From positions 1 through 14,182 of the forward strand of contig CAYNZZ010000022.1 in assembly GCA_964401865.1 (NCBI GenBank): 14,182 nucleotides of DNA. The letters are read 5' to 3'. The DNA comes from an uncultured Erysipelotrichaceae bacterium (GTDB lineage Bacteria > Bacillota_I > Bacilli_A > Erysipelotrichales > Erysipelotrichaceae). The notes under the pieces were generated by a model that searched no databases, was not told the origin of the DNA, and saw only the letters and a list, made by a program, of their open reading frames with translations. The position numbers and the translations under genes were made by a program. This document shows, one piece after another, positions 6,890 through 14,182 of this stretch (positions within the stretch are counted from its first letter, which is position 1; the number at the start of each line of letters is the position of its first letter).

Positions 6890-9847
6890 ATGTTTTTGAA
6901 GCGAATAGAAATACAGGGTTTTAAATCATTTGCCGATCGCGTCGTTATTAATTTTGACAATAGCGTTACAGGTATTGTAGGCCCCAATGGTTGCGGTAAA
7001 AGTAATATCGCCGATGCTATTCGCTGGGTACTTGGTGAACAGAGCATAAAATCATTGCGTGGAGAAAAAATGACTGATGTTATTTTTGCGGGCAGTGAAA
7101 ATAGAAAAGCTCAAAATATGGCTGAAGTATCACTTGTTTTTGATAATTCTAATCACTTTTTAAATAGTGATTTAGAAGAAATTGAAATTACTAGAAGAAT
7201 ATATAATACTGAGCAAGATGCTGAGTATTTAATCAATAAAAAGAATGTCAGATTAAAAGATGTCATTGATTTAATTTTGGATACTGGCTTAGGCAAAGAT
7301 TCTCTATCAATGATTTCACAAGGTAATATTTCATCTTTTGCTGAAGCTAAACCTTATGAACGAAGAGCAATTTTTGAAGAAGCGGCTGGTGTAAGCAAAT
7401 ATAAAAAAAGAAAAATCGAATCAATCAATCATCTTGAAAGAACAAAATTAAACCTTGAACGAACACAAGATATTTTGTCGGAATTAGAAAAACAAGTTGG
7501 ACCTTTGAGAAGACAAGCTAAAAAGGCTGAATTATATAAGGAAAAGAAAGATAGATTGCAAGAAATTGAAATCGCTGTACTCGTTGATAATATTCTATAT
7601 TATCAAGATGCCAAGAAAAGATTAGAGAAGGAGATATTTGATTTAGAAAATAATATCACACTTCATGATGGCACTATTCAAATCCAAGAAAACTCAAATA
7701 ATGAAAGTAAAGTTGAGCTTCGTGCTTTAGATAGAGAAATTAACGAATTACAAGACAATCACTTTAAAGTAGTAAACGAAATCCAAACTTTAGAAAAAAG
7801 AAAAATTGAAATTGAAGAAAAACAAAAATATAAGATTGAAATAGGTAACGAGAAAGAAAAGCTAGAAGCCATCAAACAACTTTTAAGTGATGCGGAATAT
7901 GAATACAAAGACCGTTACAACCGTTTAGAAAGTTTAAATTCTCAATTGGAATTAGATAAACACGAACTAGAAGATGTAGCATTAAAATTGACTGATGCTT
8001 CATTTAAAAAGGAAGAAACCAGCGCTTTTTTAAGAAGATTAGAAAATAGAATGGAAGTTTTGAATAATTTATTGAAAGATCCATTTTCTTCCCGTTCTGC
8101 ACTCGGCGTTAAATCAATAATGGATAATAGAATGTCGTTGCCTGGTATCTTAGGTGTTATTGGACAGGAATTACATCCTAACAAGGATTTTGAACAAGCT
8201 ATTTCTACTGCTTTAGCTTCAAGCACATTTCATATCGTTACTAAAAACGAAGAGAGCGCCAGAAATGCAATTACTTTCTTAAGAAAAAATCAAAGTGGAA
8301 AGGCGACTTTTCTACCTTTAACTGTCTTAAAAGAGAGAACTTTAAATCGTGAGCATGAAATAATATGTAATAGTGCCAAGGGATATCTAGGCACTGCAGA
8401 TCAATTTGTTTCTTGTGGCTATGAATATAATATGGTTGTTAGATCACTCCTTGGCAATGTTATTGTTTGCGATAATTTAGAAAACGCTAATAATTTAAGC
8501 ACCCTTTTAAAGCATAGCTATAAAATCGTTACACTAGATGGTGATGTTATTCATAAAGGTGGTTCAATGACTGGCGGTTATATAAAAAATGAAACCTCAA
8601 TCATTACTGCTTCACGTGAACTCGAACAGATTAAAGAACAAATCTTTTCTTATAAGGCTAAGCAAGAATTAGTAATCAAAGAATATAACGACTTGATGAA
8701 TAGAAAAGAAATAATTGAAAGAGAATTGACTGAAAAGCGAATTTCTATCGCACAACTTGAACCGGTTGTAGATGCAAAAAGATCTAAATTTGAGAAATTG
8801 AAAAATGATCATGATGCTTTAATTCCAAAAGTCGATAAAAAAAGTGAAAATCAAAGCAATCAATTCTTCGATTCACTAGTTTCTAAATTATCCGATGCTT
8901 ATTTAAGACGAGATCAAGCATCAAATAATCTTAAACTAAAAAGAGATTTGCGTTTAAAATTATCTAATGAAATCGAACGCAAAGAACAACAAATTCATCA
9001 ATTACGCACTAAAGTCAATGAGTTCAATTACAATTTGCGTAAGATTAGTGCTGAAGATGGTGCTGTAAAAGCCAAACTTGAAGGTGATTTGAATAGACTT
9101 GCAAGTGAATATCAAATGACATTTGAATACGCCAAGGAACACTATCAAATGGAATTGGGCAACAATGCTAAAGATGAAGTAAATGAGCTTAGAAATGAGA
9201 TTTCTTCTTTGGGAAGCGTGAATATGAATGCGCCTGAAGAATATGCAGAAGTATCATCGAGATACGAATTTATGAAGAAAAATTACGATGATCTTGTAGC
9301 ATCGAGAGATAAAATATTAAGTGCAATCGAAGAAATGGATGACATAATGAAGAAACAATTCTTAGATACATTTAATTTAATTAATGGAGAATTAAATACT
9401 ACTTTTAAGGCGCTGTTTGGTGGTGGAAAAGCCAAACTTGTCCTTGAGGATGAAAATGATATCTTAAACACTGGAATTGACATCGATGTACAACCGCCCG
9501 GAAAATCAGTTAAATCAATCAGATTGTTCTCTGGTGGTGAAAAAACTTTAATTGCCATATGTGTTTTATTTACTATTTTGAAAATTAGACCAGTTCCACT
9601 GATTGTTTTCGATGAGGTTGAAGCAGCTTTAGACCAAGCAAATGTCGAAAGATTTGCGAAGTATGTTAAAAGTTTTGATAAAGAAAGTCAATTTATCATT
9701 ATAACTCATCGTCCAGGAACAATGGCACAATGTGATGTGTTATATGGAGTCACAATGCAAAATAGAGGAGTATCTCAAATGTTAAAAGTTAAACTAATAG
9801 ATGCCATTGAAATGGCTGAAAAGGAGGATGATAATGGGCTTTCTTGA
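6890..9847 (+). CDS. smc: Chromosome partition/condensation protein SMC
   Basis: MFLKRIEIQGFKSFADRVVINF..GIVGPNGCGKSNIADAIRWVLGEQS is the Walker A head. Long heptad-rich coiled-coil arms. The hinge is around GILGVIGQEL. The C-terminal signature is FSGGEKTLIAI, with Walker B/D-loop LIVFDEVEAALD. At 985 aa it is a compact form. Confidence 0.96.
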   Translation: MFLKRIEIQGFKSFADRVVINFDNSVTGIVGPNGCGKSNIADAIRWVLGEQSIKSLRGEKMTDVIFAGSENRKAQNMAEVSLVFDNSNHFLNSDLEEIEITRRIYNTEQDAEYLINKKNVRLKDVIDLILDTGLGKDSLSMISQGNISSFAEAKPYERRAIFEEAAGVSKYKKRKIESINHLERTKLNLERTQDILSELEKQVGPLRRQAKKAELYKEKKDRLQEIEIAVLVDNILYYQDAKKRLEKEIFDLENNITLHDGTIQIQENSNNESKVELRALDREINELQDNHFKVVNEIQTLEKRKIEIEEKQKYKIEIGNEKEKLEAIKQLLSDAEYEYKDRYNRLESLNSQLELDKHELEDVALKLTDASFKKEETSAFLRRLENRMEVLNNLLKDPFSSRSALGVKSIMDNRMSLPGILGVIGQELHPNKDFEQAISTALASSTFHIVTKNEESARNAITFLRKNQSGKATFLPLTVLKERTLNREHEIICNSAKGYLGTADQFVSCGYEYNMVVRSLLGNVIVCDNLENANNLSTLLKHSYKIVTLDGDVIHKGGSMTGGYIKNETSIITASRELEQIKEQIFSYKAKQELVIKEYNDLMNRKEIIERELTEKRISIAQLEPVVDAKRSKFEKLKNDHDALIPKVDKKSENQSNQFFDSLVSKLSDAYLRRDQASNNLKLKRDLRLKLSNEIERKEQQIHQLRTKVNEFNYNLRKISAEDGAVKAKLEGDLNRLASEYQMTFEYAKEHYQMELGNNAKDEVNELRNEISSLGSVNMNAPEEYAEVSSRYEFMKKNYDDLVASRDKILSAIEEMDDIMKKQFLDTFNLINGELNTTFKALFGGGKAKLVLEDENDILNTGIDIDVQPPGKSVKSIRLFSGGEKTLIAICVLFTILKIRPVPLIVFDEVEAALDQANVERFAKYVKSFDKESQFIIITHRPGTMAQCDVLYGVTMQNRGVSQMLKVKLIDAIEMAEKEDDNGLS

Positions 9848-10802
9848 TAAAATAAAAAATAAATTTTTTGCCAGTAATGACAAAGATAAATATTTGAGTG
9901 GTTTTGCAAAGACCAGCAGTGCACTGGGCAGTAAACTAAAATATATTACAAGTGAAGGAAAGATGAACGCCGATGATTTTTTAGAAAAGCTAATGGTCAC
10001 TTTGATAGAGTGTGACTTAGGCTATGAAACATCACAAAAAATCGTCGATAAATTCTTCGACTACACTAAAGATTACCCAGTTATTTTAAAAAGAGACCTT
10101 ATGAATATGCTAAGCGAGACGATGGCTAATATTTATAGGGAAAAGGAAGATGAAAAAATTAAATATGTCGATAATGGGCCAACTGTTATTTTGATGATTG
10201 GTGTAAATGGTTCAGGCAAGACATCATCAATTGCTAAACTAGCTAAAATGTATCAAGATGATGGCAAAAAAGTGTGTATGATTGCTGCAGATACATTTAG
10301 AGCAGGTGCTGTTGAGCAGCTTCGCCAATGGGCTTTAAAATTAAATGTCGATTTTTATGGCGGGGAAGAAAATAGGGATCCGAGTTCGGTTTTGGTTGAT
10401 GGCCTAAGATACGTAAAAAAACATGATTTTGATATCGTTTTATGCGATACGGCTGGAAGATTACAGAATAAAGCTAATTTAATGGCTGAATTGGCCAAGA
10501 TGAGAAGAGTTGTAAGTCGCGAAATAGAAGGTGCTCCACATAACACTTGGCTTGTTTTAGACGCTAATACTGGTCAAAACGGTTTATCTCAAGCTATGTT
10601 ATTCAACGAGATCACTGATTTAGATGGTATAATATTAACGAAGATGGATGGCACTTCTAAAGGTGGTATAGTTATTGCTATTAAAGATATTATTGGCGTT
10701 CCAGTTCGTTTTATTACGTTCGGTGAAACATTAAATGATATCAAGCCATTTGATTTGGATATGTATTTATATAGTATCATCGGAGCATTAGATGAAGATT
10801 AA
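9834..10802 (+). CDS. ftsY: Signal recognition particle receptor FtsY (NG domain only, no long acidic A domain)
   Basis: GVNGSGKTSSIAKLA (G1), DTAGRL (G3), TKMDGTSKGG (G4 region), and N-domain KYLSGFAKTS. The ORF is open from 9801, but ATG 9834 has AAGGAGGA (9821-9828) at good spacing and gives the typical MGFLDKIK start. Conserved position after smc. Confidence 0.93.
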   Translation: MGFLDKIKNKFFASNDKDKYLSGFAKTSSALGSKLKYITSEGKMNADDFLEKLMVTLIECDLGYETSQKIVDKFFDYTKDYPVILKRDLMNMLSETMANIYREKEDEKIKYVDNGPTVILMIGVNGSGKTSSIAKLAKMYQDDGKKVCMIAADTFRAGAVEQLRQWALKLNVDFYGGEENRDPSSVLVDGLRYVKKHDFDIVLCDTAGRLQNKANLMAELAKMRRVVSREIEGAPHNTWLVLDANTGQNGLSQAMLFNEITDLDGIILTKMDGTSKGGIVIAIKDIIGVPVRFITFGETLNDIKPFDLDMYLYSIIGALDED

Positions 10803-11109
10803 TGATAGACTTATAGAAACTAGATTGGTTGATTATTATGGTGTTTTATTAACCGAGCATCAAAAAAGCGTTTTATTTGATTACTATTACAATGATTATT
10901 CAATGATTGAGATAGCTGAAAATAACAATGTTTCAAAAAGTGCTATTTCTGATTTGATTAAACGTTCAATCAAACAATTATATGATTATGAGGGTAAATT
11001 GCACTTGATTGAAAATAGTCATAAAAGAATGGTGATTATTGATGAATTATCTAATCATACAGATAGTGAAGTGATAGCTTTATCAAAAAAATTAAAAGAC
11101 TTAGAATAG
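10792..11109 (+). CDS. ylxM: YlxM/UPF0122 family helix-turn-helix protein (putative SRP-associated DNA-binding protein)
   Basis: 105 aa. LLTEHQKSVLFDYYYNDYSMIEIAENNNVSKSAISDLIKRSIKQLYDYEGKLHL matches the YlxM/p13 pattern (sigma-70 region-4-like HTH). Canonical location right after ftsY. GGAG lies 6 nt upstream of the ATG. Confidence 0.85.
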   Translation: MKINDRLIETRLVDYYGVLLTEHQKSVLFDYYYNDYSMIEIAENNNVSKSAISDLIKRSIKQLYDYEGKLHLIENSHKRMVIIDELSNHTDSEVIALSKKLKDLE

Positions 11110-11120
11110 GAGAATCATTT

Positions 11121-12314
11121 ATGTCAAAAGTTATTTCAGTTAATTCCGGTAGTTCATCTTTGAAATTTCAATTATTTCAAATGCCGGAAGAAAAAGTTTT
11201 AGCATCAGGCCAAGCTGAAAGAATTGGGCTACCAATCGGTACATTTTCAATTAAAATAGGTAACGAAAAAACGGTTATAGAAACAGAAATTCCAAATCAT
11301 AGCATTGCGGTCAATCTTTTACTTGAATCATTAATTTCACATGGTATCGTAAAGAGTTTAGATGAAATTGATGCAGCAGGTCATCGCATTGTGCAGGGTG
11401 GTTCATATTTCGATCAATCTGTTAAAGTAGATGATGAAGTTGTCAAAAAAGTGGATGAATTATGCGAATTAGCTCCACTTCATAATCATGCTCATTTAGT
11501 TTGTTATGAAGCGTTTAAACGCGATTTACCGCATATTGAACATGTGTTTGTTTTTGACACAGCTTTCCATCAGACAATGACACCTGAATCTTATCTATTT
11601 CCTGTACCATATGAATGGTATACAGAGTATAAGATTCGCAGATATGGTGCACACGGTACATCTCATCAATACGTTTCTAGCAAAGTTGCTGAATTAATGA
11701 ATAGGAATATTGAAGATATGAATATCATTACTTGCCATTTAGGTAATGGTGCTTCAATTTCTGCGATTAAAAACGGTAAGTGCATTAATACTTCTATGGG
11801 TTTAACACCTCTGGGAGGTATTATGATGGGTTCTAGATCTGGTGATATCGATCCGACCGTTGTATTCTATATGATGAAAAAGTTAGGATGTTCACCAGAT
11901 GACATGGATACATATCTCAATAAAAAATCAGGTATGCTAGGTCTGTCAGGAATTTCAAGTGATGCAAGAGATGTCCAAACTGCAAAAAGAAATGGCAATG
12001 AAAGAGCTAAACTTACAATTGATTTATATATTAATCGAGTTGTAAATGTTGTAGGTGGATATTATATGCAACTAGGTCATGTAGATGCGCTTGTCTTCAC
12101 GGCTGGCCTTGGAGAGAATGACGCTAAGATGCGTTATGACATCTTAGAAGGATTAAAAGAAGGTATGGGTATATCCATTAATGAAGAAGCCAATAATAGT
12201 GTTGATGGTGAAATGTGCATTACAAATGATGACTCAAAGACATCTGTTTGGGTAATACCAACAAATGAAGAATTAGTTATTGCAAAAGATACAGTTAGAA
12301 TTTTGGGGTTATAA
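11121..12314 (+). CDS. ackA: Acetate kinase
   Basis: VISVNSGSSSLKFQLF, HRIVQGG, FDTAFHQTM, RRYGAHGTSHQYV, CHLGNGASISAIKNGKCINTSMGLTPLGG..GSRSGDIDP, TAGLGEN, VIPTNEELVIA. AGGAG lies 8 nt upstream of the ATG. Confidence 0.96.
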   Translation: MSKVISVNSGSSSLKFQLFQMPEEKVLASGQAERIGLPIGTFSIKIGNEKTVIETEIPNHSIAVNLLLESLISHGIVKSLDEIDAAGHRIVQGGSYFDQSVKVDDEVVKKVDELCELAPLHNHAHLVCYEAFKRDLPHIEHVFVFDTAFHQTMTPESYLFPVPYEWYTEYKIRRYGAHGTSHQYVSSKVAELMNRNIEDMNIITCHLGNGASISAIKNGKCINTSMGLTPLGGIMMGSRSGDIDPTVVFYMMKKLGCSPDDMDTYLNKKSGMLGLSGISSDARDVQTAKRNGNERAKLTIDLYINRVVNVVGGYYMQLGHVDALVFTAGLGENDAKMRYDILEGLKEGMGISINEEANNSVDGEMCITNDDSKTSVWVIPTNEELVIAKDTVRILGL

Positions 12315-12317
12315 AGT

Positions 12318-13256
12318 ATGTTTATTAGATTTTCTAAACCAATATTGGAAAATAACAAGATTTGTATTTTCAGACACTGCAATCCGGATGGTGACGCAGT
12401 TTGCTCACAATTAGCTTTAAAGGCTTGGATAGAGCGCAATTTTAAAGATAAAGAAGTAAAAGTACTCGGTAATGAGTTAAGTGATATTTTCCCATATCAT
12501 GATGAAGTTGATGATGAATTCATCAAGGATTCTTTAGCTATTATTTTAGATACTGCCAATACAGCGCGTATTGACGATCAACGATATGCTTTAGCAAAAC
12601 AAACAATGAAAATTGATCATCATATCGTGGTAGAAGAATTCGGTGATTATCAGATTGTAAATCCAAAAGCAGCAGCTACATGTGAAATATTGACTTTCTT
12701 ATTCTTAGAAGGCGATGAAATAGCTTATCGAGTAAGTGAAGAATGTGCAAAATATTTATATGCAGGCATTTTAACCGATACTCAATCATTCACGACTTCA
12801 AATACTACAAAATGGACAATCAATGCTGCTTCTAATTTGGCAGAAACTGGTATTGATATCTATGAAATATCCAATTCACTTTTTGAAAGAGATATTAATG
12901 ATTTAAAACTAAAATCATCTCTGTTTAATGTATTTGATCTTGAAAGCGGTGTTGGAAGCGTTGTGCTAAATAAGGAAGCGCTGAATGATTTAAACACAAC
13001 CGCAAAAAAAGCTAAAGACAGTATTTCATATTTCAATAACATCAAAGGAGTAAATGTTTGGTATATTGCTGTTGAGAACGAAGATGGATTATATGATGTT
13101 TCAATTCGTTCAAGAAAGGCTTATCACATAAATGAGATAGCAAATAACTATGGTGGTGGTGGACACCTGAATGCCGTAGGAATTAAAGGATTAGCACAAG
13201 ATAAGTTAGCATCATTAAAACAGGATTTAATTAAACTTTGTAGTGATTGCAAATAA
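12318..13256 (+). CDS. nrnA: Stand-alone DHH/DHHA1 phosphoesterase (NrnA-like oligoribonuclease / pAp phosphatase; substrate not assignable from sequence)
   Basis: 312 aa. DHH motifs HCNPDGDAVCS (I), ILDT (II), KIDHH (III), GILTDT (IV). DHHA1 motif GGGGH near the C-terminus. Confidence 0.82.
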   Translation: MFIRFSKPILENNKICIFRHCNPDGDAVCSQLALKAWIERNFKDKEVKVLGNELSDIFPYHDEVDDEFIKDSLAIILDTANTARIDDQRYALAKQTMKIDHHIVVEEFGDYQIVNPKAAATCEILTFLFLEGDEIAYRVSEECAKYLYAGILTDTQSFTTSNTTKWTINAASNLAETGIDIYEISNSLFERDINDLKLKSSLFNVFDLESGVGSVVLNKEALNDLNTTAKKAKDSISYFNNIKGVNVWYIAVENEDGLYDVSIRSRKAYHINEIANNYGGGGHLNAVGIKGLAQDKLASLKQDLIKLCSDCK

Positions 13257-13275
13257 AAATTAAGTAATATATAAT
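13247..13275 (+). promoter_or_regulatory. Putative sigma-A-type promoter for hup
   Basis: TTGCAA (13247-13252, inside the nrnA 3' end), a 17-nt spacer, then TATAAT (13270-13275). The strong SD AAGGAGG (13281-13287) follows, 9 nt before ATG 13297. The predicted leader would be very short. Pattern-based only. Confidence 0.4.
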
Positions 13276-13296
13276 TAAAAAAGGAGGTATTATTTT

Positions 13297-13578
13297 ATGA
13301 ACGATTTAAATAAAAAAGCTTTAGTTGAAATAATTTCTGAAAAGACTGGCGTTACAAAAAAAGCTGCTACAGAAACTGTTGATTTGGTATTTGATACAAT
13401 TGCTGAAACTCTAAAAGAAGGTGGCAAAGTCGATTTATATGGATTTGGTAAATTTGAAGTAAAAGTACGTAATGCTCGCACTGGTATCAATCCTGCCACA
13501 AAGGAAACAATTGAAATTCCTGAAACAAAAGTTCCAAGTTTCAAAGCAGCAAAAGCTCTTAAAGAATTAGTAAAATAA
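13297..13578 (+). CDS. hup: DNA-binding protein HU
   Basis: 93 aa. KKAATETVDLVFDTIAETLKEGGKVDLYGFGKFEVKVRNARTGINPATKETIEIPETKVPSFKAAKALKE is a near-textbook HU/IHF-fold sequence (GFG.FEV..R.AR.GRNP.T...I.I....P.FKAGKALK). Confidence 0.96.
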   Translation: MNDLNKKALVEIISEKTGVTKKAATETVDLVFDTIAETLKEGGKVDLYGFGKFEVKVRNARTGINPATKETIEIPETKVPSFKAAKALKELVK

Positions 13579-13585
13579 AATCATT

Positions 13586-13620
13586 AAAAGCGAGATGTTT
13601 CTCGCTTTTTTTGTTTTTTG
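13586..13620. terminator. Rho-independent terminator of hup, plausibly bidirectional and also serving convergent deoB
   Basis: Perfect 9-bp stem AAAAGCGAG (13586-13594) / CTCGCTTTT (13601-13609) with a 6-nt loop, followed by TTTTTTTGTTTTTTG. On the minus strand the same stem is followed by TTTTAATGATTTT. Confidence 0.8.
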
Positions 13621-13650
13621 TATTAAAACACATTTTATGTGCTTTATTTT

Positions 13651-13701
13651 ATAATGTATATAATTTCGCATAATGTATATTATGTAAAGAATATACATTA
13701 T
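13651..13701. repeat. Triple 11-mer module ATAATGTATAT: two direct copies and one inverted copy
   Basis: Exact copies at 13651-13661 and 13670-13680, 19 nt apart. The exact reverse complement ATATACATTAT lies at 13691-13701. Positions 13670-13681 and 13690-13701 can form a 12-bp AT-rich hairpin with an 8-nt loop. The module ends 9 nt from the deoB stop codon. Confidence 0.7.
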
Positions 13702-13710
13702 TTTAGCTCA

Positions 13711-14182
13711 TTACTTTAATTCATTAAAATATGACTCACCTATATTAGTTTTATCTACATCAAAAATTTCAGCTATTGTAGCACCGATATTAGCGAAGCT
13801 ATGTCCTTGTGGCAATAAGCCTGAACCTTGAAATGATTTTGAATAAACGATGTATGGAATCATTTCTCTTGTATGGTCACTTCCTATCCATGTAGGATCA
13901 TTTCCATGATCTGCAGTAATCATTAAGATATCATCATCTTTTAAAGCTTCGATTAATACTTCTAATTTTTCATCAAATGCAACTAATTCTTTTGCGTAAC
14001 CTTCCGGATTTCTTCTATGTCCCCATTTTGCATCAAAATCTACTAAATTTACAAAACATAACCCATTGAATTCTTCTTTAGCCATTTCTATAGTTTGTTC
14101 CATGCCTTCAACACTTGACTTTGATTTGATTGCTTTTGTGATTCCTCTAGTATTGAAAATGTCATTAATTTTACCAATACTT
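13711..14182 (-). CDS. deoB: Phosphopentomutase (DeoB/Drm), C-terminal part; the 5' end lies beyond the right window edge
   Basis: [27 protein letters not shown] and [20 protein letters not shown] are typical DeoB motifs. The reading frame stays open upstream of the listed Met (..[29 protein letters not shown]..) to position 14181, so the ORF-track Met at 14103 is internal. Confidence 0.93.
   Translation of the reverse strand, partial: SIGKINDIFNTRGITKAIKSKSSVEGMEQTIEMAKEEFNGLCFVNLVDFDAKWGHRRNPEGYAKELVAFDEKLEVLIEALKDDDILMITADHGNDPTWIGSDHTREMIPYIVYSKSFQGSGLLPQGHSFANIGATIAEIFDVDKTNIGESYFNELK

Noticed and set aside
9801-9833. The longer FtsY start at ATG 9801 (MPLKWLKRRMIMGF..) given by the ORF track.
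   Set aside because: No SD lies upstream of 9801 and it would overlap smc by 47 nt. ATG 9834 has AAGGAGGA at ideal spacing and yields the typical FtsY N-terminus.
578-13544. Minus-strand ORFs of 60-107 aa embedded antisense in the plus-strand genes: 578-799, 1326-1508, 1701-2024, 3630-3821, 7942-8226, 9283-9558, 9794-10000, 10355-10546, 10589-10780, 12134-12439, 12860-13045 and 13290-13544.
   Set aside because: Each lies fully inside, or across the junction of, a strongly supported plus-strand gene. None has recognisable motifs. All have the Ser/Leu/Ile/Phe-rich composition expected from reading Lys/Glu/Asn-rich AT-biased codons backwards, and none has a visible SD. They are treated as frame artefacts.
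13627-13645. The small palindrome AAAACACAT-TTT-ATGTGCTTT, considered as a dedicated deoB terminator.
   Set aside because: It has only 5 contiguous base pairs with a 3-nt loop and a mismatch in the extension, so it is too weak to call. The GC-containing hairpin at 13586-13609 is a better bidirectional terminator. It is mentioned only as part of the spacer finding.
13595-13654. A 19-codon hydrophobic mini-ORF (MFLAFFVFCIKTHFMCFIL) on the plus strand and a 24-codon mini-ORF on the minus strand, both in the hup/deoB spacer.
   Set aside because: The plus-strand ATG sits in the loop of the hup terminator hairpin, and the peptide is just the translated T-tract. Neither ORF has an SD. Such short ORFs are expected by chance in AT-rich spacers.
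1-14182. A window-wide look for CRISPR repeats, IS/transposon ends, integrase/recombinase genes, tRNA/rRNA genes, riboswitch-sized leaders, toxin-antitoxin pairs and defence-island-type genes.
   Set aside because: None was found. The window is more than 97% occupied by recognisable housekeeping CDSs. The only spacers are 57 nt, 11 nt, 3 nt, 40 nt and about 130 nt long, leaving no room for structured leaders or RNA genes beyond what is reported.

Overview
Visibly AT-rich, very tightly packed core-genome window. It appears to come from a low-GC Gram-positive or Mollicutes-related (Acholeplasma/Erysipelotrichia-like) bacterium. The standard code 11 is in use: TGA terminates comEC, sdaA and smc, and TGG encodes Trp. 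Twelve plus-strand genes run almost without gaps: the 3' end of a Cna-B/SpaA-like surface-protein gene, comEA, comEC, holA, single-chain L-serine dehydratase sdaA, a long-form U32-family protein, smc, ftsY, ylxM, ackA, a DHH/DHHA1 (NrnA-like) phosphoesterase and HU (hup). A phosphopentomutase gene (deoB) converges from the minus strand and runs off the right edge. Only two real intergenic spacers exist: 57 nt before smc, with a sigma-A-like extended -10 promoter, and about 130 nt between hup and deoB, with a clean intrinsic terminator plus an unexplained triple 11-mer repeat. I see no tRNA/rRNA, CRISPR array, transposase/integrase, toxin-antitoxin or defence-type gene. Every long ORF has recognisable family motifs. 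My honest reading is that this is an ordinary housekeeping region and I cannot support a claim of a novel system. The findings below are modest oddities: the repeat module in the convergent spacer, a truncated sortase-like C-terminus, a U32 protein that is probably not a protease, broken smc-ftsY-ylxM-ffh synteny, and unusual gene overlaps. All coordinates and motifs were read by eye from the sequence and ORF track; no database search was run.
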